64,000 nt of DNA from Squalus acanthias. Taxonomy: Eukaryota. Position numbers and translations under genes: made by a program. The first letter of the stretch is position 1. Every line of letters begins with the position of its first letter. The stretch lies in the NCBI GenBank assembly GCA_030390025.1, contig CM059432.1, positions 82,214,001 to 82,278,000 of the forward strand. Direction: 5' to 3'. Of the stretch, positions 13,079-27,139 are shown in pieces. The notes below the pieces were generated by a model. That model had not been told where the DNA came from and did no database searches. It saw nothing but the letters and a program-made list of their open reading frames with translations.

Positions 13079-15234
13079 GTCTGTTTCTTTAATGTGCCGC
13101 ATGAATGACCACTCCTTTTAATCTTAAGGACAATTTTCCTCAGCCTTACTCCTGGGCAACACATATTTCCTGAGGCAAAGGCATGGAGACCCACAACACC
13201 AAGACTCTGCCCCCTTTGCATCTCCTGAGGGGTGAATAGAGCTCTTGTTCCTGCTGCAAGGGCAAGCACGGAAATGCAAATGAACTGGGAGAAACATAAC
13301 AACACCTCCTGCCTCATTTTCTTGTCTCACTGCCAGCCATTAGGAAGTGCGCCCAGAGAGTCAGGCCGTAGACCCAGCCTCACTTAGATCTTGAGGCAAC
13401 ACGGACGTGAGGGCCGAAAAAGGTAAGTGCCCTTTTTTTCAGGCTCTGCACTGGAGCTTCAAGGCTGGAGACCTTCTGGCTGCTGTTTTTGGGCAGCAGC
13501 TGAAAGCCCCAGGTCCATGGCCATTACCTGCTGCAAGCCTCTGAAGCCTGCAACAACAGTTGACCTTCCTCCCGCACTTCCAAATGCTAGGCACTGCTAG
13601 GGGGCAGACCTGCATTGGAGGAACTCCTAGCCTATTAAAATGACCTGAACCCAGAAATGCATACAGGTTCCGGTCATGTCAGGCAGAGTGTGCTTCAGAT
13701 GCGTTCTGCTTGACAAGCACCCAGGCAGAGGAGAGGAGAAAATCGATTATGTTCATGATGCACTTCAATCCACTTTTCTTTATTTGCCTTTATCTAATAA
13801 AGGTATGAGTTAAAATCACTGTGAACCTCTATTTACAAATAGTTTTGTCTAAATTATTTTAAATCGTATTGCCCGAGATGGTGGACATGTGGACAACCCA
13901 CATCCGGCTCTCTGAGTATGACACAATGCGTTTTGGCTATACATTTCAGCATTCTATTTGCTTGGCTGATTGCTGCTTTGTAGTAGTTGAATCTATTTAG
14001 CGTTGAGTCAACTAAGACCCCTGGATTTCTTTCATCTTCATCCTTAGCTATTTTAGCACCATTCATGAAGTACCTGTATTGCCCATTTTTCTTCTTATGT
14101 GCAGCACTTAAATTTCATCTTGTTTTGTTCTGTCCAGTTACATATTTTTTCCAATTCATTTTGTATTTCCTGAGCTGCCTCCTCCTAAGAATCAACTACC
14201 CACCTAGTTTGGTATCATCTACAAATGTGAACAATTAGCATTGAGTTTCTAGATCCAAGACACTCACTCCATCCTGAAACACCCCGCATGAGATCAGGGA
14301 ATCGCCATGTAGGAAATCATGGGACAAGAATCCTAAATTCTACCACTCCAAGAGGCAGTGTTGACTACCAGTCCAGTTGGCCACAAGTAGTTACACAAGA
14401 CTGTGGGGGTGATTTTTGTCCCTATTTTCAGATGGGAACTGGGTGATAACAGGCCAAAAATCATGGGGTAGTTACTGTCCATTCCTGCCATTGGTCCACG
14501 GAACGTGCCAGGAAACAGGCAAGCGATGCACCCACCGACACAGGACAGAGCCAACTTATAAAATGCGAATCCGGGTCCTATGTTGTATTTAGGACCACAA
14601 TGTAATTTTGCTTTTCCACTGGGTGGGTGGCGCACCTGCTCCATCCAATGGAAATGAGCATTGAGCGGACGAGCCAGCAGTCATTAAAGGGATCGCTGCA
14701 GGCTGCTCGGAAAAATCATTTTTAAAAGTTGTGTCAATTGTTTTCGTGGGGCTAACAGGAGCATGCTCCTCCTGGTGCCACGGCAATCTTCTCTGCGCTG
14801 CCATTCCTCTGTGGCCCTCTCCCGAGATTGCCTTTCCTCACGTCGGCTCCACTGCCCGGCTAAGTTACTTGCTAATTGAAAATTTCCCCCTGTGTGTATT
14901 TCCTTTAGTACTGCCTCTCTGCAGGGAGGCACATCTCCTGAAGGACATGGCCAAGACTGGGAACTCATGAAGCCCAACCATTGTCCTCCTGCTCTGTGAC
15001 AAGTGTTTTGGTTCCAAGGGTTTGAAATAAAATATGGGACATGTTAAACAGCTGCTAAAACTGAAATGAGTGGGTTGTGTCTTCCCTCTAACGTTCTCAT
15101 GGTACTGAAATCAGAATTGATCTGGAAGTATTTAATTTGTTTCTCCACTGAGCTGATCTCACCGTAGCATTTTTAACTCTTATGAGATACAACAGTCACA
15201 AATGGTGACGTTCCTTTACTTCTATTCAATGTAG

Positions 15235-15309
15235 TTATTTTAGCAGAGATAAAGGAATGAGAAACCAAGGGAAACTGAAGAACAAGAACAGCCATCTGCA
15301 TCCCTTCAG
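15235..15309 (+). CDS. SULF1: SULF1 exon (YFSRDKGMRNQGKLKNKNSHLHPFR)
   Basis: TAG acceptor, GTAGGT donor; 75 nt, phase 2 to 2; SHLHPF motif. Confidence 0.92.
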
Positions 15310-15907
15310 GTAGGTGACAGTCTGTTGCAGGGCCAGGACTTTGTGGTGATTATAGTTTTACGAGAGATATTCGCATCAGAGGATAGCACCTCTTCTCAAT
15401 GGAGCATGAAAGATCTTGGCTTGGAACTGGTTCCAACCTTTTAAAAATGAGTTAAATCACATTGATTTATCATTGTTCCCTCCTGCAGTTTCTATTTTTT
15501 TTTTGAACAGTATCATGACTGGAGAATGGAACCACTTTTTTGTACCCAGTGTCAGCAACAAGCAATGCTAAGTCTGTAAGTGCATTGGGCAGACACAGAT
15601 TAAACTTCTCCTCTCCTGCCCCTACCCAAAACACAAAGGAGCACCACCCCCTGTATCAGTGTCTCGTCTCCTTTCCAAACATCGGCCATTTTTGTAAGTT
15701 TTTCTGAATGAGTTGCTAGGTTTTGCAAAGTTATGAAAGGTTTTGTGCTAGACTCAGGGCCGCTAGGGGCATTATTCAGTCTGCTCAAGTTCATTCGAAA
15801 TCGGGCTCTTAAAACCATAGAGAAACCACATAACCCGGGATTGGATTTGAAAGCAGGTACCAGAGGTGAAAACTCACCGTCCCACCAGGTTCCCTTTCAG
15901 CTTCAAT

Positions 15908-16850
15908 AGCCCCGATTTTAACTCAAGGTGAGAGGTCAGCGTGGGTCCGGAAACTCACCAACATGAAGGTTAGGCCATTTTAACTCTTCAGTAATATTAA
16001 CATAGTTCAGGTCCGACTTCCACTCAAACCCAGCAAGAGTGATGGGGAGGCTGACGAGTGGGAGCGGGGCAAGAGGCCGCTGCTGGGGACCCATGGGAAT
16101 GTGGGATGGGGAGGCCCAAGGTTTCCTTATGGGGCCCGGAGGACCACTCCTGCTCTTTTTGGCACACAAGGAACCCATAAAAATATTTTCAAACTTCCCA
16201 GCCCTTTGCTGGGCCTGCTGTTCCTTTGCGTCGGATCCATCAATGATGACGAGCAGGAATGCGGTCAAAAGTATAATTATAATTAATTTTTTTTTGTTTC
16301 CTTGTGGGCCAGGAAGAGCAGGAGTGCTCTTCCCCAGAAGGAAATCTTGGACCACTCCTGCCCGAGCTTCCCTCGGCCCCCCTCCACCTCCCGCTCCGCC
16401 CCCCTTCCCCCCCTTCCCCCCCCTCTCCCCCCCTCTCCCCTCTCCCCCCCCTCCCCCCCTCCCCCTCTCCACCCCCCTCTCCCCCTCTCCCCCCCCTCTC
16501 CCCTCCTCTCCCCCTCTCCCCCTCCCCCTCCCCCCCTCCCCCCCTCTCCCCCTCTCCCCCCCCCCATTCCCTCCCCCCCGATCGCGATCACCTCCAGACT
16601 GCCCCACATCACCACTTACCTTAGTATTGGGGGCCATTCACTCAGAATCCTGGCGGCCACCTCCTGCTGCGAAAAGTCCATCTCCCACCCAGTTAGTCCC
16701 ACCAGGATCGGGCAGGCGGCCATCCTGGAACATGGTAACAAGGCCCGGAAGTTTAAATGGCTAGTGCCTTATGCTGCTGCCATCGTGGGCACTTCCCGTT
16801 CGCCCTGGCTCCCACAAGCTGCACTCACGCCCCATGTTAAAATCGGGGCT
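15908..16850. mobile_element. Harbinger-like MITE with an internal C-rich low-complexity expansion (about 16375-16580)
   Basis: Perfect 15-bp TIR AGCCCCGATTTTAAC / GTTAAAATCGGGGCT. Confidence 0.75.
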
Positions 16851-17032
16851 TAAGTTTCAGAAACACTATTGTGCATATTGTTCAAGACACCATATACTGA
16901 TGAGGTGTGAAATGAAGCCACCCATTGTTAGAGCAGCTTAGTGTTATATATGCTACTTGTACACTTCCATACATGCGGATCAGATTATCAAATAACCAGT
17001 AGGACTATAACTCCATTACTTGATCTTTTCAG

Positions 17033-17205
17033 GGAAGTGGCTCAGGAGGTGGACAGTAAACTGCAACTGTTCAAGGAGAATCGGAGAAAGAAGAAAGATC
17101 GTAAAATAAAGAAGCGCCTGAGAAAGGGAGATGGCTGCAGCTTGCCTGGCCTCACCTGCTTCACACACAATAATGAGCATTGGCAGACGCCGCCTTACTG
17201 GAATT
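17033..17205 (+). CDS. SULF1: SULF1 exon ([21 protein letters not shown]...[23 protein letters not shown])
   Basis: CAG/GTAAG flanks; 173 nt, phase 2 to 1. Confidence 0.96.
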
Positions 17206-18663
17206 GTAAGCAGAGTTTGTTTGCTTATGATACATTATTAGGCTCTTAAAGTAGAGGGAACTCGGAGGGGATTCCCACTGCATTGTGTCCGTACATTGAT
17301 TGCACCGTTCCTGAATTGGTCTCTTTGATATGATCGACTGTCTCTGCCAGATATTTGCACTGTTTTAGAAATGCATGACAAAATGTTAAACAGCGCCACA
17401 GTCAGTCTTTAAAGGGCCAAACTGCTCTGACTCAAGGCTATGGACACTCCAACTCACCACGCCAGTGTGACCACTCCAGTGTTTGCTTACGGAAATGGAC
17501 AGCATACAGGACTCTTCCATGCAGCCTGTAAATGCATTTATGTTTAAATAGCATAAATAGGTGATCAATAGATAAGCACTTAGCTGTTGTTACCCAGAGA
17601 ATGGCCACCTCTTCCGTTCTCATGTTGTGCCCGCCCATAAGTTCTGCAACAGCATTAACCTAAAGTGGTAACTTTACAGTCACCTTTTTTACCGAGATAT
17701 TTTCTTCTCTGCATTAGTTTTAACAAATCTGTAAGCGTGTTTACAAAAACTATGTTTATGGATTCATTAAAATAAATGCAGAGAATATTGGGACAAGTTT
17801 TCAAAGTCATTTTAGCACTACTTTTAACTGATGTTAGTATTGTTTTAATTTAATTTTAGATAGTTGTGGGTAGTGGGATAATAATAAAATTGAAATTTTT
17901 GTAAACCAGCTTCTTTGCTCTTGTGGATTCAGACTGTCTGAACCCCACTGAATTACGACTTCATTGCTTGGCACAGCTATCCTTGATTCGACACAAAGGA
18001 CTGTTGGAATTTATAGCACAGAAGGTGGCCATCCAGCTCATCATGTCTGTGCCAGCTCTTTGCTGGAGCAATCCAAAACTAGTCCCATTGCTTTGCTGTC
18101 TCCCTGTAGCCACAACGTCCTTGGCTTCAAATGTTTATCTACTCTTCCCTTAAAGGTGCCTCAACAAATCCCTGTACGAAAGCATGTCATGCTCCAACAA
18201 CTCTCAAAATAAAGAAATTTCTTCTAACCTCTCTCCTCACTCTTCTGAGTAACAATTTGTTAATGGACCCTCATCACTGACTCCTCAATCAGAGGAAATA
18301 ACCTTTCCCTTTTCACTCTATGAAAACCCTCTATCATTTTAAAAACCTCTATTAAATCTCCTGAGTCTTCTCTGCTCCAGTAGAAATAGATCCAGTATTG
18401 CAAGCCTTTCTTAAGACATTATCTTAAAGTTAGAACTAGACCATTTAGGAGTGAAATCAAGAAGAACGTTTTCAAACAAAGGGTAGTGAAATCTGGAACT
18501 CAATCTTCCAAAAGGCAGTGGATGCTGGGTCAATTGAAGATCGATAGATTTTTATTAGGTAAGGATATCGGGATATATGCTACAATGGAGTTGAGGTACA
18601 GATCAGCCATGATCTAATTGAATGGTGGAACAGACTCAAGGAGCCGAATGACCTGCTACTGTT

Positions 18664-18813
18664 CAATGTTCCTGCTAAGTTGTGCGGACGCGTGACCGCA
18701 CAGTGGTCTGGAGGTCCCACGCAGGTTGCTCATGGACTTTTCAATGTAAATAACCACGCATATGTGAGAAATTGAAAGGGCCTGCACGCCAAAAAATATT
18801 ATAGAGAACATTG
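18664..18813. mobile_element. About 150-bp hAT-type MITE (CAATGTTC TIR family)
   Basis: TIR CAATGTTC / GAACATTG; 8-bp TSD ctactgtt / ctcctgtt; inserted in a CR1 tail. Confidence 0.75.
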
Positions 18814-19823
18814 CTCCTGTTTCTATGTTCCTTTCTTTATAACGATAGTTTCTCATCCCTGGTAACATCCTGCTGAATCTACACTGCACACTCTCTATGG
18901 CTTTAATGTCTTTTTTATAATGGGGCTCCCAAAACTCTAACTGTGGCCTAATAATTACCTTGCACAAATTCACAAACCTTCCTCTTATATTCTATGCCCT
19001 TATTTATAAAGCCCAAAATATTATTGATTTTATCTGATTTTATCGACCTGCACAATCATTGCGGCACAAAGAAAGTGTTTTTTCATTTTCTTTGAACACT
19101 TTTATTTATTGGTTATAAAAATATTAGTGATGGAGAAGAAAGGCTGTTTGACTGGGCAGGGCAGTTGGTGCTGAGAGGTCATGTGATGAACCTTCCAGGG
19201 ATATGTCCAACCAGAGTTGGTATCCCGAGTATGTTGCTGAGTTTTTAGGTGGGCTCAGCCCCAGGAGCAACCTGCTTCCAAAGTTACCCTGCAGCAATGT
19301 GTTGGGAGCCACTGGCAACTTTCACTCTGCATGAGGTGCAATATGACAACTTCGGACCATCAGATTATATCACTGCACCCTCTCCTCTGTACAAATGCAG
19401 TGAGGCATTCTGGATCACACATTACTGTCGTGACATGTGCACTTTAAAAAGGAGGGTCTAGATATTCCTCTATGCCAGGGCTCCCAAAGGAAGTGTGTCA
19501 GGGCAAGACATTTTGTGTGTTTGTAAATAAGCAAAAATTGGTTTTGCAAACACTTCTTCATGAAGGCAAGGCCCTTTCAATTCAGCTTCCTAGTGACTGG
19601 ACTTAGTGGCTCCTTTAAGTAAGTCCTGATCACTTAGTCAATTTCATCGGTACACTATGCTGTAATTATAAAAAATTAAAACATGGACAAAATAAAATGG
19701 ACCTATGTTAATTGCAATTGTTCATAAATGTTTGATCTTTAAATATGTCCTAATGGCAAGATTCCATGACTGTGAACTTGCAGTACATCTGCGCAACAGG
19801 AAATTTCTCTTCTGGAACTTATT

Positions 19824-19987
19824 GGGGGTAACATTTAACTTTGGTGGGGGCGCAAAACAGGTGGTAGCGGATCGAGCACCCATTATACACGCCGCCCTCA
19901 ATGGAAAAGAAAATCGTGCAGTGTTATAACAGGCAGCAAATCCACTACCGTCTATTTTGTGCCCCCACCAAAGAGCGGATTTACCCC
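19824..19987. mobile_element. Short palindromic Harbinger-like MITE (degenerate)
   Basis: GGGGGTAA...TTACCCC ends; related to 28693-28878. Confidence 0.55.
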
Positions 19988-20061
19988 ACATGGTTACATT
20001 TGGAAATACTGTGTTCATGTTTAGACATTAACCTGACAAAGGTTTTTCCCTTTCATTACAG

Positions 20062-20204
20062 TAGGATCCTTCTGTGCTTGTACAAGTTCGAACAATAACA
20101 CTTATTGGTGTTTGCGGACCATCAATGAGACTCACAACATCCTCTTCTGTGAATTTGCCACGGGTTTCCTTGAGTATTTTGACATGAACAGTGATCCATA
20201 TCAA
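20062..20204 (+). CDS. SULF1: SULF1 exon ([48 protein letters not shown])
   Basis: CAG/GTAAG flanks; 143 nt, phase 1 to 0; highly conserved C-terminal sulfatase segment. Confidence 0.97.
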
Positions 20205-21648
20205 GTAAGGAGACTTTTTTTGTCCAGTAAAATAAAAAAAATTGTATTACTCACAAGACAACAAGCTAGGTACAGATGAGGAAGGTAATTCAGCCCATTC
20301 ATCTATTTAAAAACCTAAGCCCTAAAGTTCCGATGGTATCACTGCACTATCAGAAGTGGGGTGGGGCAGGATTTGCACCCAACATGGTGTCTTGACACTG
20401 ACCCTGCCTTAAATTGTAGGTCAGATGTTTAATATATCAAAGATTTGCAGACTATCTAAATCCAGCCTGCAACATCTCAGAAAGGTTGGAGGTGGGGGGG
20501 GGGGAGGGCAGAAAACTCTGGCATTGGCAGGAGTAAGTCCCCAAATGAACTGGATGGGATGGGATGGAAAATAACTGGAGGAGAGGTGGATATAGAACCT
20601 GCTGCTGCTTAAAGGGATAATGGCAGCACTGGAGGAAGCAGTAAACCTGGGAGAGGATGACAGCAAAAGCCAAAAGAAGAGCAGTTAGCATTAGGGACTC
20701 AGAAATACCGAGCAGGAGGAACGAGCAGTTTGAGGTCAGGGGCTACAGACCCATCAAAAGATGTATTAGGCACTTTGTGGTGGGAGGTGGCTGTGGCAGT
20801 GTGTTCCGCCTCCTTGAACCCCAGGACTGCTTTGCAGTGAAGGAAGAAGTTTAAGAACTTCACCAGAGCAGCCAAGGTAAGCTACCTGCTCCCCCAACCC
20901 TTCCTTGCATTCTCTGGTACTCCTTCATTCGTTACCCTCAGAGTGCCAGAGGAGTAGGCGGTGGAAGTAAGCTCTGACAGTGGAGTGGGGAGCCTGTGAG
21001 TCCTGCTCTGAAAAGAATGATGCTGGATGGAGACACTGAGAACCATCTCACACATCATGACACACAGGCAGGAAGAAAAAGACGTCCTTGCCTGAAACTA
21101 CTGAAAGACTGCTTGCCGAGTCCTTTCTTAGCTTCGGTCAAAGCTGATGTTTCAGACAAAGTTTGTGATGATTCAAAGCCTGTGAACTTAACCACTTTCT
21201 GGTTTGATAGGTTGTGCAGGTAACTGCCCTCTCTTCTACAGGCTTAAGTTAAGTTAGTGCAATTCTGGCATAAATGGCAGAATTTCTGGGACAGCAGCTT
21301 TTGTCGTCATTATCCTGTTATTTGCATAAATCAATCATTTGGGAGCGGGCACATCTTCTGCCAGCACTTGTCCCCCCAATGGAATTTAGCATACATCTTA
21401 GAACGGTCGTAACTCTGACGTATCTAATTAACGCCCCAAATTCCAACCTCCTTTGTCAAAACTACCATACTTTCTCCCCCCAAAAATTACAGAATTTCAG
21501 ACCACTATGGTCCCTCCATCATGACATCCAATTCTTCTTTAAATGATTCCAATCATTTTGCCTCCACTACTCCAGCTAGAAGTCCATACCACAGGTTGAT
21601 CATTATTTCTGTAAGCATCATGACAACAGTCCTTAATTTACTGACATG

Positions 21649-21799
21649 CAACGTTCCCCTAAGGTACACGGGCGAAGGGCCGCGCATCAATCAGGTGGTC
21701 CCGCACAGGACGCTCACAAGCTGTTGCCGCTGGAAGAAAGACCGGCCATGCAGCAAATTTAAAGGGACCGCGCACGAAAAAAAATTAGAGGGAACATTG
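21649..21799. mobile_element. About 150-bp hAT-type MITE (CAATGTTC TIR family)
   Basis: TIR CAACGTTCCC / GGGAACATTG; perfect 8-bp TSD CTGACATG. Confidence 0.8.
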
Positions 21800-21901
21800 C
21801 TGACATGCTTTATTTTTAAGTAGTATTCCAAATGTACCTTTTCTATACCATTTATTATCTTCCTTTTGATGCTGAAAAGACCAAGCTCCTCCGGTCTTTC
21901 C

Positions 21902-22830
21902 TTTTTTTTTATTCGTTTCTGGGATGTGGGCCTCGCTGGCAAGGTCAGCATTTATTGCCCATTCCTAATTGCCCTTGAGAAGGTGGTGGTGAGCTGCCTT
22001 CTTGAACCACTGCAGTCCGTGTGGTGAAGGTACCCCCACAGTGCTGTTAGGGAGGGAGTTCCAGGATTCTGACCCAGCAACGATGAAGGATCGGTGATAT
22101 ATTTCCAAGTCAGGATGGTGTGTGACTTGGAGGGGAACTTGGAGGTGGTGGTGTTTGCATGCACCTGCTACCCTTGTCCTTCTAGGTGGTAGAGGTCGCG
22201 GGTTTGGGAGGTGCTGTCGAAAAAGCCTTGGAGAGTTGCTGCAGTGCATTTTGTAGATGGTACACAATGCAGCCACAGTGCGCCAGTGGTGGAGGGAGTG
22301 AATGTTTAAGGTGGTGGATGGGGTGCCAATCAAGAGGGCTGCTTTGTCCTGGATGGTGTCAAGCTTTTTGAGTGTTGTTGGAGCTGCACTCATCCAGGCA
22401 AGTGGAGAGTATTCCATCACGCTCCTGACTTGTGCCTTGTGTGGTAAGGCTTTGGGGAGTCAGGTGGTGAGACCACACCTGGTGTGTCGCAGAATACCCA
22501 GCCTCTGACCTGCTCTTGTTGCCACAGTATTTATGTGGCTGGTCCAGTTAAGTTTGTGGTCAATGGTGACCCCCAGGAAGTTGATGGTGGGAGATTTGGC
22601 AATGGTAATGCCATTGAATGTCAAGGGGCGGTGGTTAGACTCTCTCTTGTTGGAGATAGTCATTGATTGGCACTTCTGTGGCGCGAATGTTATTTGCCAC
22701 TGATCAGCCGATGCCTGAATGTCGTCCAGGTCTTGCTGCATGTGGGCACGGACTGCTTCATTATCTGAGGAGTTGGGAATGGAACTGAACACTGCGCAAT
22801 CATCAGTGAACATCCCCACTTCTAACCTTA
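21902..22830 (-). mobile_element. LINE family B, 5'-truncated 3' end
   Basis: ORF remnants MFTDD...QQDLDDIQ, MEYSPLAWMSAAPTTLKKLDTIQ; A-rich tail; homologous to 38640-39549. Confidence 0.9.
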
Positions 22831-22889
22831 TAACTCTGATACTACACATTGGTCTCATGGCTGTTCCCTGAACTGTCTCCATGTCTTTA

Positions 22890-25117
22890 AACATAGAAAT
22901 ATAGAAGATAGGAGCAGGAGTAGGCCATTCAGTCCCTCGAGCCTGCTCCGCCATTCAATGCGATCATGGCTGATCATCCAAATTCAGTACCCTGTCCCTG
23001 CTTTCTCCCCATATCCCTTGATCCGTTTAGCCTTAAGAAATATATCTAACTCCTTCTTGAATATATTTAATAAATTGGACTCAACTGTCTTCTGTGGTAG
23101 CGAATTCCACAGGTTCACCACTCTCTGGGTGAAAAATTCCTCCTCATCTCAGTCCTAAATGGCTTACCCCTTATCCTTAGACTGTGACCCCTGGTTCTGG
23201 ACTCCCCCGCCATCGGGAACATCCTTCCTGCATCTAGTCTGTCTAGTCCTGTTAGAATTTTATAAGTTTCAATGAGATCCCCTCTCATTCTTCTAAACTC
23301 TAGCGAAGACAAGCCCAATCGACCCAATCTCTCTTCATACGTCATTCCTGCCATCCCAGGTATCAGTCTGGTGAAACTTCGCTGCACTCCCTCCATGGCA
23401 AGAACATCCTTCCTCAGATAAGGCGACCAAAACTGCACACAATATTCAAGGTGTGGTCTCACCAAAGCCCTGTACAACTGCAGCAAGACCTCCTTGCTCC
23501 TGTACTCGAATCCTCTCACTATGAAGGCCAACATACCATTTGCCTTCTTAACCGCCTGCTGCACCTGCATGCTTACCTTCAGCGACTGGTGCACAAGGAC
23601 ACCCAGGTCTTGTTGCACTTCCCCTTTTCCCAATCTATTGCCGTTCAGATAATAATCTGCCTTCCTGTTTTTGTCACCAAAGTGGATAACCTCACATTTA
23701 TCCACATTATACTGCATCTGCCATGCATCTGCCCAATCACCCAACCTGTCCAAATCATACTGGAGTTTCTCTGCATCCTCCTCACAGCACACACGCCCAC
23801 CCAGCTTTGTGTCATCTGCAAACTTGGAGATATTACATCTAGTTCCCTCGTCTAGATCATTAATATATATTGTGAATAACTGGGGTCCTAGCACCGATCC
23901 CTGCGGTACCCCACTAGTCACTGCCTGCCACTCGGAAAAAGACCCGTTTATTCCAACTCTTTGCTTCCTGTCTGCCAACCAGTTTTCTATCCAAGTCAGT
24001 ACCTTATCCCCAATCCCATGTGCTTTAACTTTGCATGCTAATCTCTTATGCGGGACCTTATCGAAAGCCTTCTGAAAGTCCAAATATACCACATCCACTG
24101 GTTCTCCCTTATCTATTCTACCAGTTACATCCTCAAAAAATTCCAGTAGATTAGTCAAGCATGATTTACCTTTTGTAAATCCATGTTGACTTTGTCCGAT
24201 CCTGTCACTGTTTTCCAAGTGCTCAGCTGTTACATCTTTTATAATGGACTCGAGCATTTTCCCCACTACCGATGTCAGGCTTACCGGTCTATAATTCCCC
24301 GTTTTCTCTCTACCACCTTTTTTAAATAGTGGGGTTACATTAGCCACCCTGCAATCCATGGGAACTGTTCCAGAGTCCATAGAATTTTGGAAGATGACCA
24401 GCAATGCATCTACTATTTCTAGGGCCACTTCCTTAAGTACCCTAGGATGTAGATTATCAGGCCCTGGGGATTTATCGGCCTTCAATCCTGTCAATTTCCC
24501 GAACACCATTTCCCTACAAATACTGATTTCATTCAGTTCCTCCCTCTCATTAGACCCTATGTTCCCTGACATCTCTGGGAGGTTATTTGTGTCCTCCTTT
24601 GTGAAGATAGAACCAAAGTATGTATTTAATTGGTCTGCCATTTCTTTGTTCCCCATTATGAATTCCCCTGATTCTGACTGCAAGGGACCTACGCTTGACT
24701 TCACCAATCTTTTTCTCTTCACATATCTATAGAAGCTTTTACAGTCAGTTTTTATGTTCCCTGAAAGCTTACTTTCATACTCTATTTTCCCCCTCTTAAT
24801 TAATCCCTTTGTCCTCCTTTGCTGAATCCTAAACTGCTCCCAATCCTCAGGTTTGCTGCTTTTTCTGGCCAATTTATATGTCCTCTCCTTGGATCTTATG
24901 CTATCCCTAATTTCCCTTGTTAGCCACGGTTGAGACACCTTTTTTGTTTTATTTTTATGGCAAACAGGGATGAACAAATTCTGTAGTTCATCCATGCGAT
25001 CTTTAAATGTTTGCCATTGCCTATCCACCGTCAACCCTTTAAGTAACGTTCCCCAATCCACCCTAGCCAACTTGCGCCTCATACCATCGTAGTTTCCTTT
25101 ATTTAAATTCAGGACCC
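22890..25117 (-). mobile_element. 5'-truncated CR1 LINE with a 655-aa uninterrupted ORF2 segment (RT domain)
   Basis: ORF 23115-25082: [46 protein letters not shown]; ttctat-type tail. Confidence 0.96.
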
Positions 25118-25848
25118 TTCATTTTGCCTTGATTGCTTACCTGATGATGGCCTCAGTCTCACCTGAGACCTTCAGTAAAAGAATTGATGCAGTCCTCGGG
25201 GTTCTGTGGCCCTTTTATTCTTGTCTCCCGCTTATTCTGAGGCTGCAACGGTAATCCCACTGCAGAACTGCCTGGACTGCCCTGGAGACTCACTGGTGGA
25301 ACTCCTGCTTGCTGTAGGAGCCCACCATGAATACATAATGACCCCTTACCCAGGAGATTGGGCCACGGTCGGCCCATGGAAAGTTGTCCTGCCATGGCCT
25401 GTCGGGGCAGGAAAAAGAAAATCCAGCCCCTGGAATAAAAGTCTCCCCTTTCTAGCAGTTGATGTTTAAATGGCCTTTTTTCATAGTTTATTGTTTTATG
25501 CTGTTACAAGTGGAAGTTGCCCAGACCTATTTCACATCAGCTGTTAGAGAGAACAAACTTTCATTTCATCACTCTGGCTGGTTATGAAGTTAGCTTCACA
25601 GATGCTAGGTATTCTTGAAGCACTGTAAAGTGTCCTTTGCCTGCTGCTGCAGTCTATGCTCTGTCTTACTTGTACTCGGAATGTTATCGCCAAAGGCTTT
25701 ATGAAATGAGCATCCCCTCATCTAAACTCAAAAGTCAGGTTCTTCATTCTGGCAAAGTGTTCATCACAATATTGTTTTAAAGTGCATCATCCATAGGTTA
25801 CCCTGTGAAAAGGGAAGGCTGATGTCTGTTTTTATTTTGTGATTTCAG

Positions 25849-25972
25849 TTGACTAATACGGTACACATGGTTGAACGGGAAATTCTTAACCAGTTACACA
25901 TACAGTTAATGGAGCTGAGAAGCTGCCAAGGACACAAGCAGTGCACTCCACGGGCTAAGGGTGTGCAAACAG
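25849..25972 (+). CDS. SULF1: SULF1 exon ([41 protein letters not shown])
   Basis: CAG/GTAAT flanks; 124 nt, phase 0 to 1. Confidence 0.96.
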
Positions 25973-26826
25973 GTAATCAAGGATACAGTGATTGTCCGGA
26001 GCTCTCTTCACACGGAGTCTTCGCTTAGCTGTGAGAAAGAAATTGTAAAGAAAAATGAATTTCTGCTATTGTTGTCCACATTTGTCAGCAAAGAATTTGA
26101 TTTGTGTCATTTTCCTGGAATGGCATTCCTTGTATCAGTGAAACATAATTTTTCCCCATTGCTCCTTAATTTTTCAGGTGAAATCTTCATGGAAAACTGC
26201 AGATTAGGATCACATTTGTAAAGTGTTTAAAATGGATCAAAAATCTGCAACACTCTTTTAAGTTAAAAGCCCCACAACATTTACATTTTCACCAAACAGT
26301 TCCTATGTTGAGAGTCCAGTGTAGAACATGTTATATGGGACAGGGCAGGACACCAAGTTTATTCAGTTTATTCAGCCTGCTGGTTCACATAATTCTTTTC
26401 CTGACAGTCATAAAAATGTACATTTTCTGCTTTCATTTTCGAAAGCAATTCAATTGCTGATGTGCACCTCTGTTCTTTAATACTAATCATTGTTGAAAGT
26501 TGAACCAGTATAATTATGGACCCTTTGATTAAAGAGCCAGCATCCATTTGTCCCTTTTTAACATTTCCAGTAAAAAATCAAAACAAGCATGAGTTTTAAT
26601 TTTATGTTTACTTTTTTGACCAGGAGTAACTCACTTAAGCACTGAAAGCCTTTATTTTTAACTCTTAGGCTGCCAGCAAGTCCAGAGACAGTTGCGTAGT
26701 GTTCAGCTAATGCACTGTAACATGGGAACAACTGGCAGAGCCTTGAAATTACGCTGATATTAATGTACAAACGCTTAACGTGTTGATATGAAATTCTTTC
26801 GCCTGCTATTTTAACAAAGTAGTAAC

Positions 26827-26981
26827 CAATGTTCCTTCTTACTTTTTTTGTCGGCGCGTGGGCCCTTTAACTGGCTGCATAGCCCATTTAAATGTTTGCG
26901 CATGCGTGGTTTTTCTCCGGTGCGCGGCCTGCGCGAGACCTCCAGAGCGCTGCGCGACTGCACAGCTTAACGAGAACATTG
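26827..26981. mobile_element. About 155-bp hAT-type MITE (CAATGTTC TIR family)
   Basis: TIR CAATGTTC / GAACATTG; perfect 8-bp TSD GTAGTAAC; CpG-rich. Confidence 0.82.
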
Positions 26982-27139
26982 GTAGTAACCCATTTTTTAA
27001 AAAGTGGTTCATTTTAATTATCAATGTTGTGAAGAATGTATCATATTCTAAATGGAACAATGCCTCTGTTAAAATAGCAGCCAAAGGAGGTTGGTTTGCA
27101 CATTAATATCGCACAATGCAATTTCAAGGGCTAAGTTTT

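Noticed and set aside
15936..16853. Proline-rich and glycine-rich ORFs (formin- or extensin-like)
   Set aside because: Translation of a C-rich low-complexity tract inside a MITE
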